Shown here piece after piece: positions 11,566 to 24,185 of a stretch of 64,000 bases of DNA (positions are counted from its first letter, which is position 1; each line of letters opens with the position of its first letter). Both the position numbers and the translations under genes were made by a program. The notes under the pieces were generated by a model that saw only the letters and a program-made list of their open reading frames with translations, did no database searches and had not been told where the DNA came from. The stretch comes from Mobula birostris (taxonomy: Eukaryota): contig NC_092379.1 in the NCBI RefSeq assembly GCF_030028105.1, positions 9,880,272-9,944,271 of the forward strand. The letters run 5' to 3'.

Positions 11566-12387
11566 GTGGGTGCTGAGGCGCCGTCTGCCCGCATGGGCAA
11601 CTTCGGAGAGAGCCGAGGCCTCGGGGCTAGAGCGTTGATAGGGTGAAGATGCAGCCCGCGCTCAGTTTAAACTGATCGCATGGTTTTACCGGGCCTTCAC
11701 ACCCCTGTTCAGCCTTGATGTGGAGCAGGCCTATCTGTCTCTAGGTGGACAAGTAGAAAGTGGAGAGCATTTAGTCGGGGGCTGCCCGATGGGGTGGGGG
11801 TGGGTGTATTAAAAAATGCTGTTCACGGATAGTCCCAACTCATGGATTGGAGGCTCTCTGCACAATCCTGAGGGTGCTCCTCCACTTCAACCTGTTCAGG
11901 CCGAATGGCTAATTCTATTAGGTCTTCAAGAGTCAACTGTTTCAAGAGGGAGGTGGAGAGAGAGAGGGCGAGAGGGAGGGGGCCCCTCCCTGGGGCATGT
12001 ATATGATGTGGCATAACCTGGCACGGGAGTCTGGTGTTCTGTGTACAGTCGGTGGATTTAGTGCAGGCAGAGATGGTGGCATCTTTTTAAATGTTCTAAG
12101 ATGCCGACTGTCAGTAGTCTGATTCTCAAAATCATTCATGAAGGGTAGGATTACTGCTGCCAGCAGACAGAGTTTTATACCAGGACTGAGATCTTCATCT
12201 TCGAACACCCTTCTACCTCATTCAACCAAAGGGTGTGCTTTGGCATTGAAGGTGATAGTAAATTTGATCTTCGGTGTCTACCACGTTGATTAAATCAAGA
12301 CAGATTTGATTCTGGATTTTTGCGGTGTGTTAGCCCTCCTTTGTACTGTTGCTATTTACCTGCGCTAATATATGTTTTCAATCGTAG

Positions 12388-12501
12388 GAGACACGACAGT
12401 TCTGGCTGCTGTGTATGGACCAGCAGAGGTGAAAGTGAGCAAGGAGATCTTTGACAAAGCCACACTGGATGTCCTACTCAAGCCAAAAGTTGGATTACCA
12501 G
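12388..12501 (+). CDS. EXOSC5: EXOSC5 exon 2
   Basis: [40 protein letters not shown] acceptor, GTGAGT donor, 114 nt, phase 1/1. Confidence 0.97.
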
Positions 12502-13129
12502 GTGAGTGTTGACTTCCCGAGAGGCCAAGATGTGGAAAACATCTGACTAATATCCGAGAGAGGGGTGAAAAGAATTGATTAAGTACAACAGTATTGCAGA
12601 TGTCATGGAGTACAGTACTGGGTGAGTTGCAGTTAAGTAGGAAATAATTTCTTAAATACGTGGGTTATGACTAAAGAACAAAATGCCCGGAGTCACTTCA
12701 CCCTTTATTGCGAGGGTGTTAATTAGGGATAACCAAAGTACAAAACTTGCAAAATATAACGAAAACTGCCGATATTTACAAAAACATATCTACCAAAAAA
12801 CACAGTAGGAGTTCCATACTGTTTTTGTCCAGTGTGATCTCCTGGCAGTCAGTCAGTCTCTCACTCTCACACAGCGATGAGCCCTGTTTATTAGACACCA
12901 GGACATACCATCTTTAATTGCCCACAAAGTTAAAAATCACACGTGGATTAGAATATGATGCACTCCACAATGTAGTGGCAATCATATTACATACAAACAG
13001 AAGTATTTATATTAAATACAGTTTACAGACAACATGTACATATTTACACATCCCCATTACTAAAAAAAAATTTGATGATTTTGAAGTATATGGTGGGAAG
13101 GCACCATAAAACAAACCCTTTAGGATAGT

Positions 13130-13360
13130 AACACACATCAAAGTTGCTGGTGAACGCAGCAGGCCAGGCAGCATCTCTAGGAAGAGGTACAGTCGATGTT
13201 TCAGGCTGAGACCCTGTGGGACCCGTCCTGACAAAGGGTCTCGGCCCGGAACGTCGACTGTACCTCTTCCTAGAGATGCTGCCTGGCCCGCTGCGTTCAC
13301 CAGCAACTTTGATGTATGTTGCTTGAATTTCCAGCATCTGCAGAATTCCTCGTGTTTACA
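13130..13360. mobile_element. Palindromic non-autonomous Penelope derivative (inverted pseudo-LTR pair)
   Basis: ~85-bp near-perfect inverted arms and 13-bp TSD CCTTTAGGATAGT (13117-13129, 13361-13373). Confidence 0.8.
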
Positions 13361-13369
13361 CCTTTAGGA

Positions 13370-15578
13370 TAGTGGTCACCAACCTTTTTAAGCCCAAGGT
13401 CCCCTACCTCGACCTCAGTGAAAGGCAAGATCTACCTACTAAATCGTTTAGAGAAAAAACAGCTCAGATTGTACTTCCAATTTGAGGCCTTTTATTTGGG
13501 CGAAATGTATTTGAATTACACAAAATACTTTTGTCAAACTTTCAAGTTAATTCAAACCAGAAAACACTGTAACTAGCATATCAAACAGGCCATAGCTGTC
13601 TTTCTTTAAGAATATTACAATACTTCACACCTTTAATTCTAAGTTTCATTATTTAATTTTATTTCAAGATGAAAAATAAATGAATGAAAATTGACTGTTG
13701 CACTCAGTGTGATGACTGGGGCTGAATACTTTCTGCTAGTTCCCTGAAATTTGGCTCATAACTACAGACAGCCAGTCTGAGACAGTCTGTGAGGTGTAGG
13801 GTTGCCAACTGTCCCGTATTTCCCCCGCTAAGGTAGAGCATTCCTATGAAACCTTTTGTGCCGAAGAAGCAATTACTATTAATTTATATGGAAAAAATTT
13901 TGAGCGTTCCCAGACCTAAAAAAATAACCTACCAAATCATACCAAATAACACACAAAACCTAAAATAACACTAACATACAGTAAATGCAGGAATGATATG
14001 ATAAATACACAGCCTATATAAAGTAGAAATAATGAAAATTAAGCCAAAACCGATTCGTGGGGGTAAAAAAATCGGCACGTACGCGCATGCGCACACAGGT
14101 GCCCGCGCAAGGCTTCATGGTCATTGTAGTCTTTTCATGGTAAACACAAATATCCCAGGATTTGACTGCTACTTTTGTCTGTTATTTGGGAGTGAGAAAG
14201 TTGGCAACGTGAGTGAGGTGTCTGTCAGTAAGCAGCTCCTGTACTTAGATTTAATAATTTTCATCTGTGAAAATGCAATTTCACATCGATAAGTTGACCT
14301 GAAGTAGGCACTGACTTTTAGTGCTATAAAACCAACGCGCACATCGTGCATTGCTCGGCCCCATCAGTAGTAATTGCCACCAGTTTATGAATGGGGATGT
14401 CATTTTCACGGACATTTTTTTAAACTCATTGTAAATATCCTCACCTCTTGTTCTTTCCTTTAATTGCAAAAGAGTGAGGAAGTCCTCCATTGTTGTAAAA
14501 TCCTGGAAAGCCATTCTGACAAATACAACGAGCTGAGCTGTTTGCATTACATCGAACTGTAGGGAAAAATATCCGCATCCTCTGACAGTGACTCTACCCT
14601 CCTTGTCACTGTTGCAGGGCCGAGCGGTATATTACGTATTGCGGTTGTGATGCCGTTTTTGTTTTTAAAGTCATTAAGACAGTCTCTGCGGTAATGACCA
14701 TTGCTTCCTTGAATAAATCGCCATCTGTAAAAGGCTTCTTGTGTTTAGCCAGAATGGTGTTTCAATAGCAGCCTTATTTTGAGCAGCATGATTTGTGAAA
14801 AACAATTGCTGGGCCTTCAACCCCGATTTCAGCTCAACTTTCCAGGCACGAATTGCGCTCTTTGGGGGGTAGGTGTCTTTAAATTCCTGGTGGTTGGTGT
14901 TGCGGTGCCGCTCCAGATTCCCTCTTTTAGTCAGTGCTTGTGTTTGGTGGCACAACATACATACACACTTGTCTTTCACCAAGGTAAATAGAAATTCCTC
15001 TTCCCATTCTGGATGGAATTTGTATGTTTTCACCTTCTTTCGTGGAGACTCCGCCATGCTGTCAGGATATCACGAGCGATTGCCGATTGCGTCGCCTCTG
15101 ATCTGAGCTGACACTCACCTAATTAATTAGCTTGTTTATTTCAGCTTTTTTTCTTAAGGATGTGCTGTGTGCATCCCGACTACCGCTGCACTCCTGCATG
15201 CTTCGCGGCCCGGAGTTTGGGGACACTGCCGTATATTGATGTTTGCGACAGTCTGTACTGTTACCTAATCTAATTGGTTATGTTGAGGCAGCACGGGCCA
15301 CGCTGGAAACGCGGTGCATGGCGGGGGAACTACACACATGTGCACTGGGCAGAAAGAATGGAACTAAACCGCCGCAACCCAGAAACGATCTCTCTTTACA
15401 AACAGCTTTTTAGTGAAAATATTCCTATATTACCATTATCCTAATTAGCATTACTTACTTTTATAATGCTCACATTACAACAGTATTTGTGTATTTATTT
15501 TTGATTTTTCTTTGAGATCTACTGGGAAAGTCTCAAAGATGGACCGGTCGATCGCGATCGACGGGTTGGCGACTCCTA
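13370..15578 (-). mobile_element. hAT Buster/Charlie-family DNA transposon with degenerate transposase
   Basis: TIR-like ends TAGTGGTCACCAACC / GGTTGGCGACTCCTA and 8-bp TSD CTTTAGGA with central TA. BED-type zinc finger N-terminus (KCVCMLC..NLERH..TNH), STYRCEIAFSQMK..KSKYRS, C-terminal IQPQSSH*. Frameshifted and internally deleted. Confidence 0.92.
13797..14212. mobile_element. hAT-type MITE nested in the Buster transposase
   Basis: TIR TAGGGTTGCCAACT / AGTTGGCAACGTGA and 8-bp TSD GTGAGGTG. Confidence 0.85.
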
Positions 15579-17359
15579 CTTTAGGACATATTATCAGAAT
15601 ATACAGGGGAAGGCATTGAATTACAACACCCAGCACAACAACAGCAGAATGACAAGACAATGTTTGAGTGTGTGTGTAAGGAGTTCGTTTACCAAGCACT
15701 CTCCATCACATAATTCACAAACAGAGGCAGAATCTACCTTGTGAAGTCTAAGGAGAAATAAAATGTTAATAGGCTCCCAAATACCATCTCTGGAGGATTG
15801 GTTCTCCACCTTCTATGAGTTAGTCATTGAGTCCACAGCTATATACTGTGGAGATTTGATGCTAGCGATCAAGCACCTAATGGCTCAATTTAATATCAGA
15901 GAATGTGTACAGTATACAACCTGAAATTCTAACTCTTCACTGACATCCATGAAACAGAAGAAAAAAACCCAAAGAATGAATGACAAACATTAGAACCCCA
16001 TAGTGCCCCCTCCCACACTAAAGCAACGACCCTCCCCCTCCCATTTTCTCCAGCAAAAACATCAATCCCACCATCCCCCACCATGCAAGCAATAGCAAAA
16101 CCCCCAGAGACCGTGAACCCACCACTATGAAGGACCGCAGTTTGCGTGTAGCTGTAGAACACAACACTAAGACAGGACCCCACCACCTTGAAAAGGTAAA
16201 AAGAAACATTAAAAGAGAAAAAATTAAACTGTTCTGTGGATGAACTGGAAGAAGTCGCTCGGGTCTGCAATAAACCTCTGGTGCCATCTTTCGCTGTTCC
16301 CCCATTAAGACTTCCCAGTCTATTTTCTCCTTATTCTTGTTGACCACCACCAGAATTTGCCATACATCAACACATCTGGGAACATTTGGAGTGGCCTGTT
16401 AGCCTACACGTCCTTGAGATGTGGGAGAGACCGGATCATTTGTAGTAAGTCCCTGTGTTCACAGGGAGAGCGTGCGAACTTCACACACCAGTCAGGATCA
16501 AACCAGGAACTTCGGAGTCTGAAGCATCACATCACCAACTGCATTACTCTGCCACTCAACTTCTTTGATCATAAAAACAACGCATGTTTGCATCATGCCA
16601 CCTGCAATGGGCAGGGCTACACCAGTCCGAGATTTCACTGGCTACGTCCATGCTTAAAAGGAATATCCTACTTTTTAATGTTTCCCTTGTTGTCATATTT
16701 ATGAAGAATTGGCTGCAACATAATGTAAAGTGGGTTACACTAAACTACTGGGAGAGTTTGATAAAGTTTAAGGATGTTGGGGAAGTAAGACATGATTCTT
16801 GGACTCTTGTAAATAATGGGTTAAAAACTTAAGTGCCACCCTATGTGTGTTAGTGAACAAATTCTGTTGCTTTCACTGAAGAATATGCCCGCAGTTTGTT
16901 TAGATTAATAGCTTGCTTGATTAATGGCCTGTAGCTGCCTTTTCAAGGTGACATGAGGGCTGGAATTACTCAGAGCTCACATAGATCGTGCCTTATTATT
17001 TTGCTCCACTAACTTAAAGTGTTTTCTTTGGAGAGGCTCAATGATAAAGACATCTGTCTGTAATTAAGTCAGGGGCCTAGCGACAGGAATGACTGATACG
17101 GGGAGGACAATATGTCTATCTGTAATTAAACTCTGATTTACTGGACTCTCTTATCAAAGTAGTTGGGTTTGGCTCTAACTGACTTGGCATACCATTGTAA
17201 CTGAGTGTTCTTTGTCTGCTTATTCTATAAATTGTAGCATTTTTGTTTTTTTTAAATTAGAAGCTCGTTGAGCTGCCAGAAAGAGAGAGAGAGAATTTGT
17301 GTCTCTTTTTGATGTTCTGCTTTGAGGTTCTCGCCGGCTGAGCTCGAACAATAAACTAG

Positions 17360-18011
17360 TGTAGCCCCCCGGCCACCCTCAGGGTCGCTCGGCTCACTGT
17401 CGTCTAGGGAAACAGCCCTCGGCCCCGGCAAACTGGGTAATGAGTTTGTGTGGATGCTATGTGCTGTACCCCACCCCGCCCAAATAACAGACAATACACC
17501 AGATACAATTAAATGATTTACAGTTTATAGATATTACTGGAACTATATAATTAATAGAGAATAAAATATAAAAGGAAAATAAAAGGCGCTACACTTATCA
17601 AAGTTCAATCTCTTCGTGCACAAAACAGTTGGAGCTCAGGAACCACCTTCTTCACCCTGGGACCAACAACGGTGGTCGACCAGACGCTCCACACAAGTCC
17701 GTCTCCGTCTCCTCGCCGAACGCTCTCCTCGGGGTCCGACCCCGTTCGCGGACATCACAGCACCTGGTCCATCCTCTGTCTCTCTCTCCCGCCTTCTGCC
17801 CCAAAACCCCGCACATACAAATCTCCCAGATACACCAAAATCATAACTATCCAAATTGGTTAATAGCACCCTGTTATCTGTATTAACCCAAGCAACTGTC
17901 TAGCTGGAGACTTTCTCAGCATTTAACATAACAAAGAAGCATTCCCCAGTATAACATAACAAAGAAGCCATTTTAATTAGCCGACGCAGTAAAAGACAAA
18001 ACCCCCTTACA
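17360..18011. mobile_element. Solo LTR (family A)
   Basis: TGTA...TACA termini and 4-bp TSD CTAG. Highly similar to 58965-59658. Confidence 0.9.
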
Positions 18012-19139
18012 CTAGTGAAAAGGTTAAAGTAAAGACTTGTGTGTGGTGTGATTATCTGGTGCGGCAAAATTTAAGTTGACAAGTTGATTTGAAGAAATAC
18101 ACAGTTTCTGGGAGGAAAGAAAAGTGGCAGAAATACATTGGAACGACTTAAGCAGTGGGTTAGATTGGAAAAGCGAGGGTGTCAGGGCCGGTCAGTACAG
18201 TTCGCTGCTCTGCAAATTTACTCGGCTCTGTGCTGAACTGAGGTGTGGCTTCATGTCTGTGGGCGGACTCTCTTTCGTGGGGCTCAGTTCTGAATGCTAC
18301 TTGCTTGCTTTATTATTGTTTGCGTGATGCGGGGGGTTTTCCCCTCTGCACATTGGAGTGCTTGACAGCCTTTTTTATGGTTTCTCTTGGATGCCTTTCC
18401 TTTGTGGCGGCCTGTAAGGAGACCAATCTCAAGGTTGTATAATGCATGCATACTTTGATAATGTGCTTTGAACTTTGGACAAATGCGGGAAGGAAGAAAT
18501 GTAGGTGAGATTTGGAGCCCGTTGTGATAGAGCAGGCAGCAGAGATGGGGGAGAGATGAGGCGACAAAGGTCTTGTGAATGAGAGGACAAAGGTCTTGTG
18601 AATGAGAGAGCCAGTAGTGATTCAGTTGCCACAGTGACTGTGGTGCTCGGTCAAGTACTAATGGAGTCTGGGTGGAACTGCTTGCTGAGGTTGTGTGGAT
18701 GGGCCGTCGAGCATTTATTTTTATTTATTGAGATACAACGCGGAACAGGCCCTTCCGGCTTGTAGAGCCTCGCTACCCCCGTTGTAACCCTAGCTTAGTC
18801 ACAGGACAATTTACAATGACCAATTAATCTTCCACCCAGTACTTCTTTGGAGTGTAGGAGGAAATCAGAGCACCCAGAGGAAACTCACAGGGAGAATGTA
18901 CACAGTCCTTACAGGCAGTGGCAGGAAATGAACCCAGGTCACTGATACTGTGAAGTGTTTTGCTAACTACACTGCCATGCCACAAATAGGGCTGCCGGAG
19001 GAGGTAATACAGATAGCGGTGATGTGAAACTGATAGTGATGGTAAGATATTGAGGTATGAAAGTTGGCCCAGAAATCAAAGGTAGCACACTGCTTGAGTC
19101 GTCCTGGATGAGCTGTCAGAATGGAGTGAAGCTTGTAGA

Positions 19140-20015
19140 AATTTACAGCAAGGAAGGTTTGACCAATTTAAGTGCCAGGTCAAATCGGAAAGGTTGGGGA
19201 CAGGCTAAATCAAGTCGCAGGTCCCACAAAAAAGTGGCAGATGGAATACAGTGTTGGGAAATGTATGATAGTGCATTTTGGTAAAAGGAACAATAGTGTG
19301 GACAATTATCTAAATGCGGAGGATGTTCAAACATCAGAGGTGCAGAGGGACTTGTGAGTCCTCGTGCAGGACTCCCGGAAAGTTAATTTACAGGTTGAGT
19401 CTCTGGTAAGGAAGACAAATGCAGTGTTGGCATTTATTTCAAGGGGAATAGAATATAAGAGCAAAGAGATAGTGCTGGGCCTTTGTAAGACAATAATCAG
19501 GCCGCACTTGGAGTATTATCAACAGTTCTTGGCCCCGTATATCAGAAAGAATGTGTTGTCATTGGTGAGAGTCCATAGGAGGTTCACAAGGATGATTCTG
19601 GGAATGAAGGGGTTAATGTATGAGGAGAGTTTGGCAGCTTTGGGCCTGTACTCACTGGAATTTGGAAGGATGTGGGGGGATCTCATTGAAACCTACCGAG
19701 TGTTGAAAGGACTAGATAGGGTGGATGAGGAGAGGATGTTTCCTATGGTGGGAGTATACAGAATTAGAGGGGCAACCCTTTAGAACAGAGGTTTTTAGCC
19801 AGAGAGTAGTGAATCTGTGGAATGCTGCCACAGACTGCAGTGGAGGCCAAGTCCGAGTGTATATTTAAGGCAGAAGTTGATTGTTTCTTGATCGGCCAGG
19901 GCAACAAAGGATATGGTGAGATGGCAGGTGTATGGGGTTGAGTGGGTCAGCCATGATGGAATGACAGAGTAGACTCGATGGGCTGTATGGCCTAATTCTG
20001 CTCCTGCGTCTTATG
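19140..20015 (+). mobile_element. CR1-like LINE 3' part
   Basis: IRPHLEYYQQFLAPY...[15 protein letters not shown] remnant. Confidence 0.85.
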
Positions 20016-20570
20016 GATCCAAGAACATCTCGGAGCAACACGGCCTGCGTTGAGAGCACATCAAAGCGACAGGGCCCAGGTCCAAAATGGAGGTGCAACC
20101 GGAGACTTAGGCTGATTTAAGCGCTGGGATTGAAGAGGTCAGTATGTCGGAGCCGGAGGCAAAGGACAGGCCAGTGTCCAACTCGCTGCTCTGTGAGGTT
20201 TACTTGTCTCTGCATTGCTGTGGCCTGCAACTAACAGTCTCCTAGTCGGGCTGCGCTGATGACTGGCTTCGTGGCTGTGGATTCATTTTCATGAACATCA
20301 GTTCTAAATGTTAATTTGCTTACTTTCATTGTTTGCAAGATTTGATTTCGTTTGCTGCACAATAGCTGTTTAGCAGTCTTTCTAATGGGTTCTCTTGGGT
20401 TTCTTTTGTTAATGGCTGCCGATATGGAGACAAATCTCAAGGTTGTATGTAGTATACCTACTTTAATAATGAATGTATTTTGAACTCTGAAAAACGAGAC
20501 CATTCAGTTGACTGTGACCGTGCCATTTGGGAAACAGGCACAGAGCTTTTTAGAAGTAAATTTATTATTG

Positions 20571-20877
20571 TGGGCACGTGGCCAAGTGGTTAAGGCATTG
20601 GACTAGAGACCTGAAGGTCGTGAGTTTGAGCCCCAGCCGAGGCAACGTGTTGTGTCCTTGAACAAGGCACTTAATCACATATTGCTCTGCGACGACACTG
20701 GTGCCAAGCTGTATGGGTCCTAATGCCCTTCCCTTGGACAACATCGGTGTCGTGGAGAGGGGAGACTTGCAGCATGGGCAACTGCCGGTCTTCCATACAA
20801 CCTTGCCCAGGCCTGCGCCCTGGAGAGTGAAGACTTTCCAGGCGCAGATCCATGGTCTCGCAAGACTAACGGATGCC
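20571..20877 (+). mobile_element. tRNA-derived SINE
   Basis: A-box TGGCCAAGTGG, B-box-like GAGTTTGAGCC and 10-bp TSD TTTATTATTG. Second copy at ~25287-25587(-). Confidence 0.85.
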
Positions 20878-21496
20878 TTTATTATTGAAGTACATATATG
20901 TCACCTGAGATTAATTTTCTTGTGAGCATAGTCAATAAACCCGTAATAGAATAATAACCATAATAGAATCAGTGGACGACCACATCTTCTTGGGTGTTCA
21001 ACCGATGTGCAAGAGAAGAAACTATGAAAATATAAAAAGAAGAAACTATAACAATAAATAAATAAATGAGCAATAAATATCGAGAACATGAGATGAAGAG
21101 TCTTTGAAAGTAAGTTTGGGATCACTTCAATAATGGAGTGATGGGTAGAGAGAGTTTTAAAAGCAGATCGAGGCAGGTGAGGGGCGATAAGAGTGAAGGG
21201 AGAGACAAGAGGCTAGAAGCTGAAAAACGATGGGGGCAAAAGTGAGGTTGAGTTGAGTGAAGTTATTCTCTTTGGCTCAAGACCCTGGTGGTTGAGGGGT
21301 AATAACTGCTGCTGAACCTGGTGTGTAAGTTCTGAGTCTCCTGTACCTTCTTCCTGATGACAGCAGCAGGAAGAGAGCATGACCTGGGTGGTGGGGTGGG
21401 GGGTAGTTCCCTGATGATGGATGCTGCTTTCCTGCCACAGCATATCATGTAGATATGCTTAATAGCTGGAGGGGCCTTACCCGTGATACACTGGGC

Positions 21497-21688
21497 CAGG
21501 AGTGGCCAACCTTTTACATTCCATGTGTCAATTTTTTCATGCATGAGTTCAGATGCGCCATACAACCCTTGTACCACCACAATTCTTGTAAGAATATGTT
21601 AATATAGAACTCGTGCCTGAAAAAAATCGCATCTGAATTCGTGAGTGAAAAAATTGACGCATGGAATGTGAAAGTTTGGCCATCCTTT
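21497..21688. mobile_element. hAT MITE with ~60-bp TIRs
   Basis: Inverted arms and 8-bp TSD CACTGGGC, inserted in a Rex-like LINE. Confidence 0.85.
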
Positions 21689-22128
21689 CACTGGGCAGAA
21701 CCCACTACTTTTTGTAAGATTTTTCATTCAAGGACACTGGTGTTTCCATACCAAATAGATCTTTGGATTTGCAAACATCTATGAAACTTCTAATTTATTG
21801 GGGTTTTTTTTGCAAAGGATCCCAGTGTGCTCATCAGTATTTTGGGCATTCTGCATACAGAACTGTTAAAACAAAAACACAAAATAATGCAAACAGGTAA
21901 TATCTGTGGAAACATAAAGTTAATGTTTAAGGTCTGAGACCTTTCATCAGAGCATCTATAGAGCAGTCTTGTTTTTAATAATAAGTATCTTCCATTGAGC
22001 TCCAGGATGTGTCAAATTCCATGTAATGTTTTCTGAGATCTGATGCTGGCCTTCACACAGCTTTGTTGTTGTGAGAATGTTGTTGCTTTGTTTCACGTCA
22101 CGTAACGTCACGGTTTTTTTCGTCAAAG

Positions 22129-22250
22129 GTGTTGCAGAGAAGAGCAAGGAGCAGATGATTCGAAACACTTGTGAAGCCACCATCCTGACTGCCCTGCACC
22201 CACGGTCCTCCATCACAGTCATACTGCAGGTCATCCATGACTCTGGATCT
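22129..22250 (+). CDS. EXOSC5: EXOSC5 exon 3
   Basis: [41 protein letters not shown], 122 nt, followed by U12-type donor GTATCCTG. Confidence 0.97.
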
Positions 22251-24185
22251 GTATCCTGACAATAGTGATAGTTAGGTCACCCTGGCAACCTCTCACCAAA
22301 ATGCCCTCTGACATTAGAAGGACTTTTTTTAAACTGAAGCATGCCTTTACTCAGGTAAACTGCTCAGTAACCATCGAAGAGCTAGTTGGTCTGGTCTTGT
22401 ACAGTATGAAGCATGTTGAAAATTTATGCATTGAGATACCACCAAAATAACTTTTAATTATCAAACTGGTGGAGAAACTCAGCAGATCAAGCAGCTTATG
22501 AGTGGGATGCGGGGTGTGGGTAGAGTTGTCCTCATTTTAAGTCATGACCCCATCATAATGGGGGATCTCAACCTGAAATGTCAACAGCTCCTTCCATTTC
22601 CCATAGGTCTCGGCCCGAAACAGTGACTGTTTATTCATTTTCATAGGTTCTGCCTGACCTGCTGAGTTCATCCGGCATGTTGCGTGTGTTACTCTGGATT
22701 TCCACCATCTGCAGAGTCACTTGTGTTTGATTTAATGCTTGACCCACTGAGTTCCTCCAGCAGATTGTTTGTTGCTCCAGATTCCAGCATCTTCAAATTC
22801 TAGAGTCTCCTGTTTTCATGACACTAGTTATGGACTAAATATTGGCCAGGGCTCTGGCATTAACCTAATTGTGCCTGAGAGCTTAAAAAGCAGCACATTG
22901 GGATAGGTTGTCTTCTCTGAATTAGAATGAAATAGTTTCAAAGCGCAATCCAGAGACCTGAACACATATCCTGAAGAAAGCTAATTATGTGCCAGTTAGT
23001 CTGACCTCAGCAGTTGAGAAGAAAATTGGAGTCAATTGTTAAGGATGTGGTTTTCGGGAACTTGGAGGCACATGATAAAATGGGTCATAGTTGGCATGGT
23101 TTCCTCAAGGGAAAATCTAGCCTGACAAATTTTTTGGAATTATTTGAGGAAATAACAAGCAGGATAGACAAAGGAGAATTGGTGGACGTTGTTCTCGGAG
23201 TTTCAGAAGGCCTTTGACAAGGTGCCACGCATGAGGCTGCTAACAAGTTAAGAGCCCACGGTATTACCGGAAAGGTACAAGCATAGACAAAGCATTGGTT
23301 GATTGGCAGGAGGCGAAGAGTGGCAGTAAAGGGAGCCTTTTCTGGTTGGTAGCCAGTGACTAATGGTATTCCACAGGGCTCTCTGTTGGGATCGCTTCAT
23401 TTCACATTGTACATCAATGAATTGGATGATGGAATTGATGGCTTTGTGGCTAAATTTGCAGACGATACAAAGGTGGGTGGAGGGGCAGGTAGTTTTGAGG
23501 AACTAGAGGCTACAGAAGGACTTAGTCAGATTCGGATAATGGGCAAAGAAGCACCAGATGTAGGAAAGTGTATAGTCATGCATTTTGGTAGAAAAAAATA
23601 AAACCGTAGTTTATTTTCTAGATGAAGAGAAAATTCAAAAATCTGAGGTGCAAAGGGACTTGGGACTCCTTGTGCATGATTCCCTAAAGGTTAATTTACA
23701 GGTTGAATCGATGGTGAGGAAGGTAATGCGATGTCAACATTCATTTTGAAAGAACTAGAATATAAAAGCAAGGGTGTAATGTTGAGGCTTTATAAAGCAC
23801 TGGTGAAGACTCAGTTGGAGTATTGTGAGCAGTTTCTGGTCCCTTATGTAAGAAATGATGTGCTGATGTTAGGATTCAGAGGGGTTTGTGAAAGTAATTC
23901 TGGGATTGAAAGATTGGTGGCTCTGTGCCTCGACTCAATGGAATTCAGAAGGACGGTGGTAACCTCATTGAAACCCATCGAATGTTGAATGGCCTGGATA
24001 GAGTGTATGTGGAGAGGATGTTTCCTGTGATGGGTGAGTCTAAATCCAGAGAACACAGCCTCAGAATAAAGGGACATCCATTTAGAATGGAGATGAGGAA
24101 GAATCTCTTTAGCCAGAGGGTGGTGAATCTGCAAATTTCAATTGAAGCTTTCGTTGCCAGTGAAATCCTTAACTGGCAGGAGTAG
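22251..24185 (+). other. EXOSC5: U12-type (minor spliceosome) GT-AG intron 3 of EXOSC5
   Basis: 5' site GTATCCTG (U12 consensus RTATCCTT). Branch point TCCTTAAC at 24166-24173, 12 nt before the exon. No polypyrimidine tract. Confidence 0.92.
22975..24131 (+). mobile_element. CR1-like LINE RT remnant inside the EXOSC5 U12 intron
   Basis: HGFLKGKS, GIPQGSLLG and KFADDTK RT motifs. Confidence 0.9.

Noticed and set aside
12531-12968. Possible solo LTR (TGTGG...CCACA)
   Set aside because: No matching target-site duplication and no second copy in the window.
14674-15057. Domesticated GTF2IRD2/ZBED-like host gene
   Set aside because: Frameshifts, an internal deletion, a nested MITE, and TIRs with TSD show it is a dead transposon.
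18563-18608. 23-bp tandem duplication
   Set aside because: Simple local slippage with no evidence of function.
20571-20645. tRNA gene
   Set aside because: tRNA-like head of a SINE: it continues into a SINE body, has a TSD and has a second copy.
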